Shown here piece after piece: positions 11,812-24,672 of a stretch of 64,000 nucleotides of DNA. Each line of letters begins with the position of its first letter. Position 1 is the stretch's first letter. The DNA lies in NCBI GenBank assembly GCA_907165135.1, contig OU015566.1, positions 5,146,001-5,210,000 on the forward strand, given 5' to 3'. A model generated the notes under the pieces. The model saw nothing but the letters and a program-made list of their open reading frames with translations, did no database searches and had not been told where the DNA came from. Position numbers and translations under genes: made by a program. The DNA is from Oikopleura dioica (lineage: Eukaryota > Animalia > Chordata).

Positions 11812-13024
11812 GTACAGTAAAAGTCTAGTATTAAGGTTAAAAATAGAGATATCAAAGGGGCTTACGATCGAAATTCGGCCGTAAATCATGAATGAATCTG
11901 TCGCCCCTTCTTTAATGAACCTTAGCCGGCCAGGGTGCACCATCTATGGAACAGGGGTCAAAGAATTAGGTCTCTTACCGAAGTGATTTTGAGTTTCGAA
12001 AAACGGAAGAAACTGAAGGGCTATTTATCGATTGGCTACCCTAAGGTTACCTTACGGCTACCCTGTGTTAGGGGTAGGGTTCGGAAATAGGCTTAAGGGA
12101 CCAGGCCGAGCTGGCTCGCGCGCCTTTTCGAATAAGGGTTGTAGATTTTCAAAGTTGATGAAAATTTCTGAAAATTTAGAACCTTGTATAGTTTTTTATT
12201 CTCTTTCTTTCCTCATTCTTAGTTAGTCGATAAAAAATTTTTCGACCACCTCCCCCTTAATATGATAACTTTGAATGAAAACCAATAATTATTATTCAGT
12301 TCCGCCTTCTATACTTCGCAAACGTGAGCTCCAAGCTGCAGGAAGACCTCGACATGATCCTGAAAAAAGTGCCCGACGAGTTCGTTTCCAAGATGAAGCT
12401 CAATCCTCGACTGCTAAGAAGCGGAATGCTTCGACTGATGATCAGGTAAATTTTTATCTTGAAGAAATTGTAGTATTTTTACCAGGCAATTCAAAATTTT
12501 TCAATCTTTTCTCTGCCAACTAAGTTAATCGCCGTTTTTAGCGAGAAAACGAGCCAGCTCCAAGAGAAATTGGGTGGACTGTGGTAGATGGCGTCACCAT
12601 TAGTGACCTTATATAACTGCACCTAACGTACCCCAACCCCTTGCTTGCCCACATTTTGTGAACATTTTCCCTTGCTCGCTGAGTTAAACTCCAACAAGAC
12701 CTCCCTTGGTCACTCGCTTTTTGTTACCAAGATCCGTTGGTCGCTTTCCTTCTTTTGCTTTCTACGCCCCCTTGTTCGCCCTCCTTGGCTTCAACGGCGC
12801 ACCTTTGCTCGCCTGCCTTTCTCCGTGTTATCCCTTGTTCGCTCTTGAAGCCCCGCGAGAAGGCTATATAATGCATAGCTAATCTTCGTTTTTACTTTTG
12901 AACGGCTTTTTTAATTGGATTTTCATGTTTTTTTTCCAAGCAAACTTATCTTTTCACCTCCATTTTTGTCAAATTTTCATATCTTCTTCATAAGAAGAAA
13001 ATTTGGTGCGCTCTTTTTGCTCTG

Positions 13025-13040
13025 TTTGGCGCGCGCGAAA
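13025..13040. promoter_or_regulatory. Back-to-back E2F-like sites
   Basis: tttggcgc + gcgcgaaa (TTTSSCGC consensus on both strands) just upstream of exons at about 13110. Motif match only. Confidence 0.35.
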
Positions 13041-13106
13041 ATCAAATTGATTATCCCAAAAACTGGAACAGAGTGAAAGAGAAAGACGCAATTTTCAATT
13101 TTTAGA

Positions 13107-13560
13107 GAAGACTCTTCACCTTCCCATTCCCGCACTTTACGCTGACGACAAAAACCCTCACCGCGGCTACATCTTCTAGAGTCGGAGCGCGCGCTGGAAC
13201 TGCAAGAGGACCAGTCAAGGCGACAAAATCTCCTGTTGAGAAAGTCCCCGAGGAAGATGAAGATGCTGGCCTTTCAAGGTAATGCTTATTGGTGATTACG
13301 TCGCGTAAATTGTATCTATAGTCGAGTCAAACTGACTTCTGAAGGAAAAATCATCGTCAAAGGAGTCAAAAAGTTCGACTTGAAGGAGCGATGCAACGTC
13401 CTCGAGATCGTCCTCGCAGAGAAGATCACCTCAGCAAAGCAGACAGAGCAGCATCTGAAAATGCTCACAGAGGCCGTCGAGAGCATCAAAGGCGAAAAGC
13501 AACAGGCTCAGACTCACGCCAAGGGTCTTGAAGAGTACAAAATGGAAATTTAATCGTTAG
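13107..13560 (+). pseudogene. Coiled-coil protein 5' fragment (weakly reminiscent of a kinesin-14 tail/stalk)
   Basis: Two spliced exons read ...EDEDAGLSS|RVKLTSEGKIIVKGVKKFDLKERCNVLEIVLAEK...KMEI*. The family assignment is weak. Confidence 0.3.
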
Positions 13561-13589
13561 AGACATGGACACAATCGAACGATCCAACT

Positions 13590-16434
13590 TGAACCGACAT
13601 TTCCTCTTCCGCTCCTGGGATGTCGGTAAACATCAACCAAATCTCTACTACCAAATCGCCGGCGAAGACCAAACGCTCCAACTCTGCGAGTTCCGGGAGT
13701 TTTTGGAGAAATACCAGTTTTACAAAAATTTGACGGATGAGAAACTCAAGGAAATGGTCCGCGTTTTTGAACCGACAGGTAAGTTTTTCTTTTCTACTGA
13801 AGCTCCAGTATCAATTCTAGCGACGGAGAGTTATCTTGAAGACCCAAACTTTGAAATCGTTCTCTACGGATTCGCCATGTACATTCGTTCGGCAAAAGTG
13901 ATCGACGATTCGTCTTACGAAAAGATGCAGGACATGAGCCGACCGATGACGGACTACTGGATCGCTTCCAGTCACAATACGTATCTATTGGACGACCAGC
14001 TGACAGGGCCGAGCAGCACAGAAGCGTACAAAAGTGCCCTGTTAAAAGGTTGCCGCTGCGTCGAACTTGACTGCTGGGACGGAGCTAATGGACAGCCGAT
14101 TATTTACCACGGTTGGACCAGGACCTCGAAAATAAGCTTCAAGGTAATATCTCTCTGTGATCTTATCTAAAAGTATTTAACCAGGATGTGATCACAACTG
14201 TCCGCCAATACGCCTTCAAAAAATCGGAGTATCCAGTCTGCCTTTCGCTCGAAAACCACTGCCACATTCCCCAGCGGCAAAAGATGGCCAAATACATGGT
14301 CGAAATCCTTGGAGACCTTCTGCTTCGAGCTCCAGTCGATCCTGATGAAGATTGTCTTCCATCTCCCGAGGCGATGAAGGGAAAAATCTGGATCAAGGGA
14401 AAGAAATTGAAGGAAGCAGCGGGAGATTCGACGAGGAACAAGGCGGAGAATGACGATTTCGTCGTCGACGATGAAGTTTCAGAAGAAGACGAGGGAGAAG
14501 AATACGCACAAGGGAAGGATCGAGACAGCCCAGTTGGAAATGGAAGTGTTCCAGCAGCAGAAGAAGCTGGAAACCAAAAGAAACAGAAAAAGACCGTAAG
14601 TTTAACTTTAGGCCCGACCTGTTTTTTTTTATAATTTCGAATCAACAAAAGTCATTCCCCGAATGATTCAACAACACTAACTAAAGTACAGTGGTACTTC
14701 AGAAGAAAAGCCATCCGCGTTGGGATTTTACAAAGCTTTGGCTTTCGTAAAAACCGTAAAAATCGGCGAAAACACTCTTCTTCCCGAAGAGTGAGCTTAA
14801 AAAGCTCCAAGGTTAAAAATATTTGCCATTCTTGCACTTTGAATTTGTCTCACTTTTTTCTGAACTAACAAAGGAAGCACATATCGATAATTACACAAAG
14901 AGAGTTTTTTGAATTTTGCTTTTTTCGAACGTCACTGTTTGTTTTTTCCCTGAGGAATGGTTTCGGGAAGAATCACTTATTAACCGCAAGAAAAGTAAAG
15001 TTTGATTTAGTTCAAGGACCAGGTTAGAAAGACGAGTTTGTTGCTTCTCGCCACTAGTAAATCCATTACCGCCCCTGTAAGCAACATTTTTAACCCCTTA
15101 TTCTTCGGCTCTAGAATCAGTCTCTTTTCAGTCGACTTCGACAGACGAGGAAATCTCTTCCTTGTTTTCATCGCCCGAATTGCGCCCTTCTTCAAAAACG
15201 AGTAGCTTTCGCTTCCGAAGCTCTCGTTTTCAGGGGCGCTCGCGAAAAGCGGGACTGACTTTTTATTTTGTAAATGTCGTAAATTTACAGTACCGTTTTC
15301 TTGTTTTTTTTCAATATTGCGCGCGTTTGTGTTTGTGTGTTTTTGGTTTCTATCTGTTTTGGCGTTTTCTGAACTAATTTTCTGTAGAAAAAGATCAAGC
15401 TGCATAAAGATCTATCAGACTTGGTGATCTACACTCAATCCCGTCATTTAAAAGACCTCGACGATGCCCAGCAAAACTCGGACTACCGCCACATCAGTTC
15501 CATCGACGACAAAGTCTGCTCTTCCTATGCAAAGAACCAATCAGTAAGCCACTTTTTCACTCTTTTTCTCCATCCCTGCTCTTCTAGAAAGTACTTCTGA
15601 ACCACACTTCCCGACAGCTGATCCGAATTTACCCCAACAAAAAGAAAATAGACTCTTCAAATTACAATCCGATCCCTGTCTGGGTTTACGGATGCCAAAT
15701 CGGTAAGCGTTCTCTTCCTTGATTCCCAATTACGGCTACTCAAGTGGCGCTGAACTACCAAACTGCCTGTGAAGAAATGCTGATCAACAAAGCTCGCTTC
15801 AAACAAAACCAGGGCGCCGGCTACGTCCTCAAGCCCGAGTTCTTGCGAGAAGATGCTCTCCACAACAATAATTTTGACATCAACGATAACTCAACTTTCC
15901 CCCGCTCCCAGCCCTTTTCATACAAAATCAAGGTCGTTTATTCTGTCAAATTCCCTCTAAATCCGTCTTCAAGATCATCTCAGGCTGCCAGTTGCCAAAG
16001 CCGAAGCAGTCCAACAAAGGAGAGGTGGTCTATCCTTACGTTAAAATCCGCGTAGTTGGTCCTCCAGTCGACGACAATCCGAAGAACTCAAGGACGACCA
16101 AATTCATCGACAACAACGGCTTCAGGTGATACCGAATCCATCGTTCCCTTTTGACGATTTTTAAGTCCTTGCTGGAATGAAGAATTCACCTTGACAACTT
16201 GGTTCCCCGAGCTATCGATGCTTGAAATTCTGGTCTAGGACAAAGATGTCGGAACAAAGGTGAGACATCTCTAGAGTTCCTCTTCTAACCCAAACTTAGG
16301 ACGACAAACTGGCAAATTCGTACCTTCCAATAGACAGCATCGTGCCCGGCTACCGACGAATCCCGCTTTTCGACAAAGAAGGCGGCAGTCTCTACCCAGC
16401 CACTCTTTTCTTCCACATTGAAATAAGCGAGTAA
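13590..16434 (+). CDS. Phospholipase C delta-like (EF-hand, X, Y, C2), lacking the 5' PH region
   Basis: [50 protein letters not shown]...[26 protein letters not shown]2 domain ending GYRRIPL...[11 protein letters not shown]. About 10 short introns. Confidence 0.85.
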
Positions 16435-16888
16435 AAAAACACGCCACCACCTTCATCTTCACCTTCAACTCGACCACTCTTCAAACAAAGAAATTAATTT
16501 AAAAATGACCTTGGTGCTTCCTGATCCTCACTTCTTTTTCGAAACTGTTCACTGCATTCACGAGCCTTAAATAATTAATAAAAAAAATATAAACAAAAAT
16601 CTCCTCGCAGCGATTTTACCCAGGCCAGCGGATGTGTACTGTCATCATTACTGGATGTAAACTCGAGTTGACATTTTCAATTTTTCATTTTCTGATCGAC
16701 AGTTTTGACAGATTTCGCGGCGTCTTGTCAATTCTCCGCTGTCAAAAGTACCATCAACGTAAGCTGATTTATAAATGAATTAATAAATTTTCGAACAAGA
16801 TTAAAAAAACAAACATTTTAAAAACTACGCTTGTTTATTTTGAAGAATTTTAATGGCACGATTGTTGAAATAAAGAAGAGTTTAAAAA

Positions 16889-17652
16889 GGCTGCTCCTGG
16901 ATCGCGCGGATCCCGGATCGCGCGAATTCCTTGATCACGCGGATCGGGTGATTCAGGATTCCGCGCGATCCAGGATTTCGAAAAAAATCAGAAATTCAAT
17001 TTACAATTTTGCTTTTCTTATAAAAAATGGCCAGTACTGGTATTAAACCATTATTATCTTTTCAATTCAGAAGTTTAAAAATATCAAATAATATGAACCT
17101 TCGACGAAATCTTCACTCAACTATTTTTGGTTGTTTGATTTCCGGGACCTACTACGCCGGGATTAGCAGCGCTCAAGTTCTATTTGGAGGTGACAGTCCC
17201 GGATTTTTGCAGTGACAGATAAGAATAAAATTTGAGAGGTACTCGTATTTTAAATAAGCTATTTATCATTATAACGATTACCTTCATTTCATTCTGTTGA
17301 TTTTTTCAAAACATTTCTCAAATAACTGTCTGTCCCTTAAATAGAACTTGAGCGCTGCTAATCCCTGCGTAGTAGGTCCCGGAAATCAAACAACCAAAAA
17401 TAGTCGAGTGAAGATTTCGTCGAAGGTTCATTTTATTTGATATTTTTAAACTTCTGAATTGAAAAGATAATAATGGTTTAATACCAGTACTGGCCATTTT
17501 TTATAAGAAAAGCAAAATTGTAAATTGAATTTCTGATTTTTTTCGAAATCCTGGATCGCGCGGAATCCTGAATCACCCGATCCGCGTGATCAGGGAATTC
17601 GCGCGATCCGGGATCCGCGCGATCCAGGATTCCGCGCGATCCAGGAGCAGCC
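16889..17652. mobile_element. Foldback/MULE-like non-autonomous element
   Basis: About 300-bp near-identical inverted arms starting ggctgctcctggatcgcgcgg, about 135-bp spacer, and a 9-bp TSD gtttaaaaa/gtttgaaaa. Confidence 0.85.
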
Positions 17653-17774
17653 GTTTGAAAATGATTCTAGAGCTCGTCATGAATCATGATGAAGAAGGGA
17701 GCTTCCCCAGTGAGTAGCTGGCGATTCAATGAAGGCATCATAAGCTTTTGTCCGTTTTTCTTCAAAAAAACTCA

Positions 17775-18052
17775 GGTTAACCGCGGTTTACCGTGGTTTT
17801 TCATTGTTCTCAGCGTTATGAAATATCTTTAATTTATTCCTTGTTTACCAAAATTATATCCTTTTATCAGAAAACCGCGGCTCACCGCGATTTAACGGCT
17901 GCATTTTATATAAACCGCGGTTAACCACGGTTAATTTTCACTCTCATAAACCGATGTTTACAGTTTTTCTTCTGTTTGACGGTTGTTAACCACGATTTTA
18001 TTCTTTCTCATGCATAAGTTATGCAGCATAACCGTCGTTAACCGCGGTTAAC
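17775..18052. repeat. Cluster of degenerate palindromes ttaaccgcggttaa
   Basis: At least five copies, near 17775, 17873, 17911, 17983 and 18037. Confidence 0.55.
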
Positions 18053-18129
18053 TATCATCTCTAACTGATGATTCATCAGTGATGAACGAGACGAGATGAA
18101 ATTGAAGAAATACGGTTCCTTTTAAAACT

Positions 18130-19260
18130 TCTTGTTTGGAAAGCGTGCTAGATCCGTCACGGTCGGCAGTTGCGATCAGATAATCTGCCTCAGATTGTAT
18201 CACATCGAAGTCCTAAGTCCTAAAGCTACAAATTATGGCTCCTCGAGAATTTCTACCGGCGTATTTATCCAAAGCATCACTTCGGCCATGTTCAAAAAGC
18301 CGTCGCCATCAATGTCTCTTTCTTCGTTGAAAATGCGCTTTTCATTTTCGATCCAATCATCGTCGATTCCCGGCGCTTTCCAACTATTTGGTTCTTCGTC
18401 GAACTCGTCGTCGCCCATCGGAAGAATCGTCTCTTCTTCTTGATCTGGTTCGTCAGAGAACCATCTCGCTCCAATGTCGCCAAGATATTCTGCAAGATCG
18501 ATGTACCCATCGCTGTTTTTATCAAGATCTTCCAAGGTTTCCAAAGCGATCACTTCCATCATCTCCATGTGCCCCGTAGGATGGAGATAATGGGCGAACT
18601 CGTTTCGGGAGAGATGGCGATCTTCGTTTCTGAACAAAAGGGCGATGATCAATACCCTCATTTTCGAACAACAAGAATGATTCTTTTTTCCCGAAGAGTA
18701 ATCTTACGAATCAGCTAAAAAAGCAACGTACGTGTCAGCAGCGTTGAATCTTCGTAAATCCTTCTTTTTCTGGTACATAGCTGTCGCTGCATTGATTGAG
18801 GGATCTTTGTAAAATCGCTCTGTTTTGATTTTGATAAAAATTGAGCTTTTCATTTTTCACTCGTTTTCAGCAACAAAGAGTCGATAAAATCATTCCTGGA
18901 TTATACTTTGCCTCCTTGAACTCCTCCATCGAGACCATCCCGTCTTCGTCCAAGTCCATTTGTTCCATCTTCGCATCCGTGTCCTCAAACACAAATCTGT
19001 TTTCGACATATCTCATCCACTGCTGCAACTCGTCCTCGTCAACTTCCTCATTTTCATCGGCGTCCATTTTCTTGAAGATTTCTTCCAAACTGAAGAGTTT
19101 TTCTTCCTGCGTCATTTTTTGAAACTCTCGCGATTGGTTTTGGTCGAGGATCCCGTCGACGTGGGAGTTAAAGGATTCGCTGGCAGGATCATTTGTGGGT
19201 GTTTGAAGATGACTGGTTCCTCGGGCCAGGATTTGGAATGGAAAAGAAAGCGCTAGAAAT
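18130..19260 (-). pseudogene. Calumenin/reticulocalbin (CREC) multi-EF-hand protein, C-terminus disrupted
   Basis: EF-hands DADENEEVDEDE, DLDEDGMVSMEE, RRFNAADTNEDRHLSRNEFAHYLHP, DKNSDGYIDLAEY, DIDGDGFLNMAE. The frame breaks after WINTP near 18235. Confidence 0.8.
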
Positions 19261-19772
19261 TGAACACATGAGAAAGTCTCTTCCTTGATTTCAAAAGGGG
19301 TCGGAGACCTGTGTAAAAAACCTGAGTCAGGGCTCTGAAACATAAAAGCTTTAATGAAAGATGCTTATTAACGGATCCAGAGTCAGGTTCACGACACAGG
19401 TTTCTGACCCGAAAATATCTAAAATTAAAAGATATTCTTTGACTATGAACTTGCGCCACAAAAAATCCTCGTTTAAGAAATAACAATTACCGATGTTTGT
19501 CATTTTCATTCTCTTTTTTCTCCTTTTGTAGTCCTCACTCGAACAAACAATAAACAACCTGAGCCCTCGTCAACTGACACTCTGACTCAACTTTTTTAGC
19601 ACTATTTTCGGAACAAGTATTTTTTATTTCAGAAATGAAAAAATTTAAACAGTTGGCAAGGACATTGCTGGAGTTTCCACGCTCTTTTTCGACGGAATGG
19701 GCTCTTCGAATTGAAATTGAAAAACGACAGAAAACAAAGTCTAGTAAAAGAGGATAAGAAAAGACGGCAAAT

Positions 19773-20732
19773 CTATTTGAAGATAAACTTCGGGTCCATG
19801 AACATTTTATGATCCATGATAAAGTCATGAATGGTTAGCCCCTCGACCCCGACCGCCTCGGAATGGAGCTTCAAATTCGCGCTTTTTTCAATTTTTCCTT
19901 CAGCGTCTTCCGGTTGGCTCTTGCACATCATCAGCGCTTGAAGATATTCGGAAAATCTCTCTCGCCGGGCTGAACAATTGTTCGAATTGAGAGAACAGAA
20001 AAAAAGCTTACTCATCCAGGGATTTGAGCTGTTGCGGCTTCGATTTATGAGCGGATCTTCTTCTAAAAAATAAAAGAATAAAAAATCAATTATTTCTGAA
20101 GAAACCTGACTCAGGGAACTGGAGGCAGGATCAAGTTGTTTAAGAACCCTAAGTCAGATTTTCGTCACAGTTTTTCGGAAAAACTTTTTCCATCGAAATA
20201 AAAGAGACTCACGCTCATTGTCGATGCAAAAAGTCATAATCTGACCGACCGCTTCCGAGATCTTGAGTCTTTTCATGTTGAGCAGGTTCATCTCCATTTC
20301 GATGATTTTTCTTCCTTCTTCGATGACTTCTCTTTTGAGCTCCTCGAAGCAGCGGCCGTCTGGCTTGATCAGTGTCGTTTTCTCAAACAGCATTTTCGCT
20401 CTGATTCGCCGATCTGCTTGCTTAAAATCACATTTTCAACTTTGAAGAGGTGACCAGCCGGGCTCGCGAATCTGTGTTGCTTAAGGAATTCGAAGAATAG
20501 CCGCGTAGCGGCTCTTTTAAAATCCAAGCCGCAAAGTGGCTTCATCGAGATCGGGAACCCAAAACAAGTTCAAAAATCCGGCCACTATAAAAAAAATTCC
20601 GCATACCTCGAATCTCGGATCCAGCATGGTCTTGACAACTGGCTCTCGAAGACAAACTTGTCCATCCAAGTTCTCTAGAATGAGTTCTTGCGATCCCTCG
20701 CGCTTAAGAAGCTCTTTTTTACCTGGATCCAT
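19773..20732 (-). CDS. Unidentified multi-exon gene remnant
   Basis: Spliced-looking ORFs 20517-20732, 20154-20393 and 19773-20015 with gtatgc-type donors. No family recognised. Confidence 0.3.
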
Positions 20733-23459
20733 GGCGAGTGCTTCTTAATTCAAAGATTATATACGCTGCGGCGATTTAATGACGGGAAAGGGGCACAAAT
20801 GACGAGAATTGATCGCTAGAAAAAGGATCAGCGCGCGAATTTCAGCACTGCGCTGGGGAAAATTTAATCGATCAAAGACGGTTTTATCTTTTTAATCATT
20901 TTTCGAATTCCGTTTTTTGATCATTAATGAAAAAATTGGCGTTTCATAATCGGATCTTCCGCTTTCTTCTTGATGGTAAATTTCCTCCTTGATTTCTTTC
21001 GAGCTTATGCTCTTTTTCAAGACCTGAGTCAATGTCTCCGGCTGAACCATAAATCAGTGTAAAAATGATTTATTTCGAACAACAAAAACAACAAGGAAAG
21101 TCTAACCAGACAAATCAAGAAATGTCTTTCGAAATCAAAATGGATGACCAGAAAACTTGAATACTGTTCAAGCCTCGATCCTCCAGATTAACTCATTCCA
21201 GTTCCAACCGTCTTGACTGCGGAAGAGCAACGACTTTCGAGAAGACGATATCTTTAAGCTGACTCCGGTCTCAGTATAAACGTACCCAATGTGATTTTCC
21301 TGCAGCAAAAACAGGATTTGCAAGCGACATTCGACTAAGCGACATCGACGTCTTCCACGCTGCAGCAAAGCGCTTTGCTTAAATGCACATCATCAGCGAA
21401 GAAGAGAGTCAAAGGCCCATCAAGACCTGCTAGCACGCCTGGCCCTGGAACACGAGAGCGATCAGATCGCACTACAAAACAGCTACTTATCCCGAAAAAA
21501 TTGATCAAAATTTATGTCCAGTGGGGCACAATCTCGACGCCAACGACGGAAGAATTTTCATCCCTCAGAAGGCACATCGATGGAGGAAAGACTGCTGCTG
21601 GTTGACAACGACAACTCAGAATTCGGCACTAGAGCCTTCGACGTCGCCTATAACATTATTCGCTTCTACGAAAAAATCAACTTAGATATTCTCAAGGACT
21701 TCTTGAACATTCACTTGCGAGAGAAAATAGAAACAGCGGATAACGCAAATTTTCCATCGAAGCTTTAACCAAGCAGTGCACGGTCTCGATTCCTTCTAGA
21801 GCTAGAGCAAGAAATGACCAGCGTCTGGCCACAAAATTTCATGGAGCAATCCGAGTTCTACCGCTCAATCGGCGTCGACGAGGAGGATTTCTGCAACTAA
21901 GTGTTCGACGTGATACGAGCAATGCTGGACGAATACGCGAATGGGAAAGCAAGCTCCCCCTAGACCGGCCGATAAAACGAGTTTCCGAAACGCAAGCCGC
22001 CAGCATAATGAGAATTAAATTCCTATATTTGCAGAAACATAAATTCAGTCTTGAAAACTTCGTTTATAAGTAATTAAGAAGCAGGAGAGAACTCTTTGAA
22101 TATTTCTTTCAGAACTGCTATCACGGAACTTTGAATAGACTCCACTATTTGAATTCGCAAAAGGATAAATTCAAACTTCCGGGCAAAATCCATCCTTTGT
22201 GCTCCTGGCGAGGCAAATTCCCGCTGGAAGGCCTAAATCAGCAAACACGCTTCGCACATTCGCATCCAATCGCTTAATCATCTGCTCGATTTCCTGGTCC
22301 GTGGGAATGTGCACGGGCAGCGCGGGTCGGTCGTCATGACTGGTCCTGCCGGCGTTATAAATCAGCAAGCCATCGTTGCCTTCAGAGCAGTGGAGTTTCT
22401 TCGCTCGTCGCTTTCGAAACTCTTGGGCAGTTTCCTAAAAAATCGGCTTTCTTTACTTTCTTCAACAATATCTGCATCTACCCGCAGAAAAAGACGCTCC
22501 AACCGTGACCAAATCAGATCAAAAAAGGAAATCTGAAATTTTTGAATAAATTGACAATTCTCCTCGGCGCAGTAGGTCGCGTCAGAAGTGAAGTTATCCC
22601 ACCACCAGCTCACGGCAAGCCTGGTCTTTCCCTCTTCGATGTTTCCTTCCGCAAAGCCGACGGAAAGCTCTCTTCTGCCGTCTTCAAGTTATCGGCCCAG
22701 GGAGGATGCAGCCAGTTTATTTCCTTCAAGTGGCTGGCGCAGACGAGCGGGAGGATCCAGGACTCGATCGAGGTCATTTCTCGCATCTTTTTTGAGTTTG
22801 AAATGTGCTCCATTGAGAAGCTGATCGGCGCACTTTTCTTTGGTTGTTTCAGCTTCAGAAGTAGCTCCTAGAATAGTGGCAACCACGTTCCAGAGATCAG
22901 GATGCGAGTCGCAGTGGATCATTTGAAGCCTCTTTGCCCCCAATCGACATCGACGGCGAAATCCGCCGAAAGGGCCGAAACTGGCACAAACTTCTCAACA
23001 AGAATTGAATCACAGCCAAGAACCTCTCCATTTCCCCGGCTTAAATATCTTGCAGACCAAGAAACCGATGCAACTCTGAAATTCGAACAAACAGCATGCA
23101 GCTTTTTCTGTCCTGGCAAATTTTTTACTTTTCAAAGAAATTTCGGAAAAGCCGCTTTGCAGCTTCATTTTTGACAAAATCGCAGTTCAACTATGAATTT
23201 AAACTGTTTCAGAACCTGACTCGGGAATTTTTGCTTTTTTCGGAAAGGCGAAAGTTTGGAAAAAGAAAATTATATTTTTTACGCCAAGTCCTTTTTCCAG
23301 TCAACCATTATCTCCTTTTTACGAAAAAAGGCCGAGCGACATTTTAGTTGGAGCGAAAGAAACAGCCACAAAAATAGCCAAAAGCTTCAAATAAAACACT
23401 TTCTCTCGAAATAAAAAGCCAATTCTAGCGGCTGAAAATCCTCCTTTTTCTCCGAGAAG

Positions 23460-23527
23460 TGACAGGAGTGGGATTCGAACCCACGTCCCGGAGAAAATCC
23501 GCGCTCTGGCCGCTGAGCTACCCTGTT
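23460..23527 (-). pseudogene. tRNA-like pseudogene with a shortened anticodon arm
   Basis: Reverse complement ACAGGG-TAGCTCAGCGGCCAGAGCG-CGGATTTTCTCCG-GGAC-GTGGGTTCGAATCCCAC-TCCTGTCA. Acceptor, D and T arms and A/B boxes are present; the anticodon arm is only about 13 nt. Confidence 0.7.
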
Positions 23528-23834
23528 TTATCACTTCCGGTGAAAAAAGGGATTCTCTGCCGCTTGAATTCGGCTTTCTTTTTTAGAATAACTGTGTCAG
23601 GGTCATTAAAAACCTTTTTTGGAGCTTCTTTTCCGAAGGGTTTTCCCCCCCAAATCTTTGAAAAAGCTCGTACAAGAGATCGGGATCGTCGTGGATCATT
23701 TTGAAGCCTTCCAGAGGCAGTTTGCCGCGCTCAAGCAGCCGCTGGATGAAGAAGAGACATTCAGAGTGCTCTTCAACGACTCGCAATTCAATTGGCATTC
23801 TAAAAACGACATTTTCGAAAACTTTCTCGAAAGT

Positions 23835-24443
23835 TCATTCTTCGCTCATTTCCGCTTCTTCTTCAGAACCGTCAGAAATCTCGATAAGGGAGTCTTCGTC
23901 CGAGTCTTGCTCCGACTCGAGTCTAAGTTTGGAATGATCGCCCGCGAAGAAGACTTATTTTCAAGGAAGGGCGGCGGACTGTCGTTATTTCGAAATCGGC
24001 CTCGCTTTTCGCGCTCTTCTGAGAATAATTTATCGAAAATTTCAAAATGACTCAAACCTGCTTCGTGGAAGGAGTCGCGTCTCTTGATCAAATGAACTTC
24101 CTTCATCAGCAGTTTTCTTTCTGTTTTTCCGACTTCTTGGCCGACCATGCTCTGCGCCTTGCTGTTGCCGTCAAAGAAGATCGTCGTCCCGAGCGTCTTT
24201 TCGTAGTTTCCTTTGAAGAAAATGTTGTTGACGGAAGGGCTCTTCCGAGTCCAGCCCGACCACGCGGATTTTCTCTGCTTCCGAAAGCTAAAATTTATCA
24301 ATTTTAGACAACTAGGGAGAAGGATCAGTACATTACTGTACCTTGACAGGGCAGTCAGGAAGTTCCAAATGGCAGTGCGTTTCCTGAACAACTTCCCACT
24401 CGTCGTCATCTTCATCTTCGCCGAATTCTTCTAAATCTGGCAT
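23835..24443 (-). pseudogene. GTF3C6: TFIIIC subunit GTF3C6 (Tfc7-N)-like, frameshifted
   Basis: MPDLEEFGEDEDDDEWEVVQETHCHLELP...KIRVVGLDSEEPF/(shift)VNNIFFKGNYEKTLGTTIFFD matches the TFIIIC_sub6 motif GLDTE.P.LQV....F.G.YE.TLGT..FF; acidic tail. Confidence 0.65.
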
Positions 24444-24597
24444 TTGTTTTCGCGCTCTTCGCTGGCTCAATTATTCTTCGAAATAATTCTCTCCTCTGTC
24501 TTCCCTTTTTTCTTTCTCCTCTTTTCTAATTCTGCTTTCCCAGCGCTAGAATCAGATTCTACCTACATTCAAGATTTTCAGAAATCTCGGTGATTCA

Positions 24598-24650
24598 AAT
24601 CTTTCGCTCCGCGCGCGGACCAATCAGCGCGCGTGGAGATTTCAAAGGCG
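24598..24650. promoter_or_regulatory. Putative bidirectional promoter core between GTF3C6-like and KDM1B-like genes (copy at about 29563-29615)
   Basis: ccgcgcgcgg-accaatc-agcgcgcg...atttcaaa, i.e. a CCAAT box, GC elements and a CHR-like ttcaaa, within about 230 bp between divergent ATGs. Confidence 0.4.
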
Positions 24651-24672
24651 AGAAAAAGAGAAAAGGCGAAAA

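Noticed and set aside
21070-23200. Named gene calls for ORF fragments in the duplicated unit (and 26030-28160)
   Set aside because: They look like decayed exons on both strands, but I recognise no family motif.
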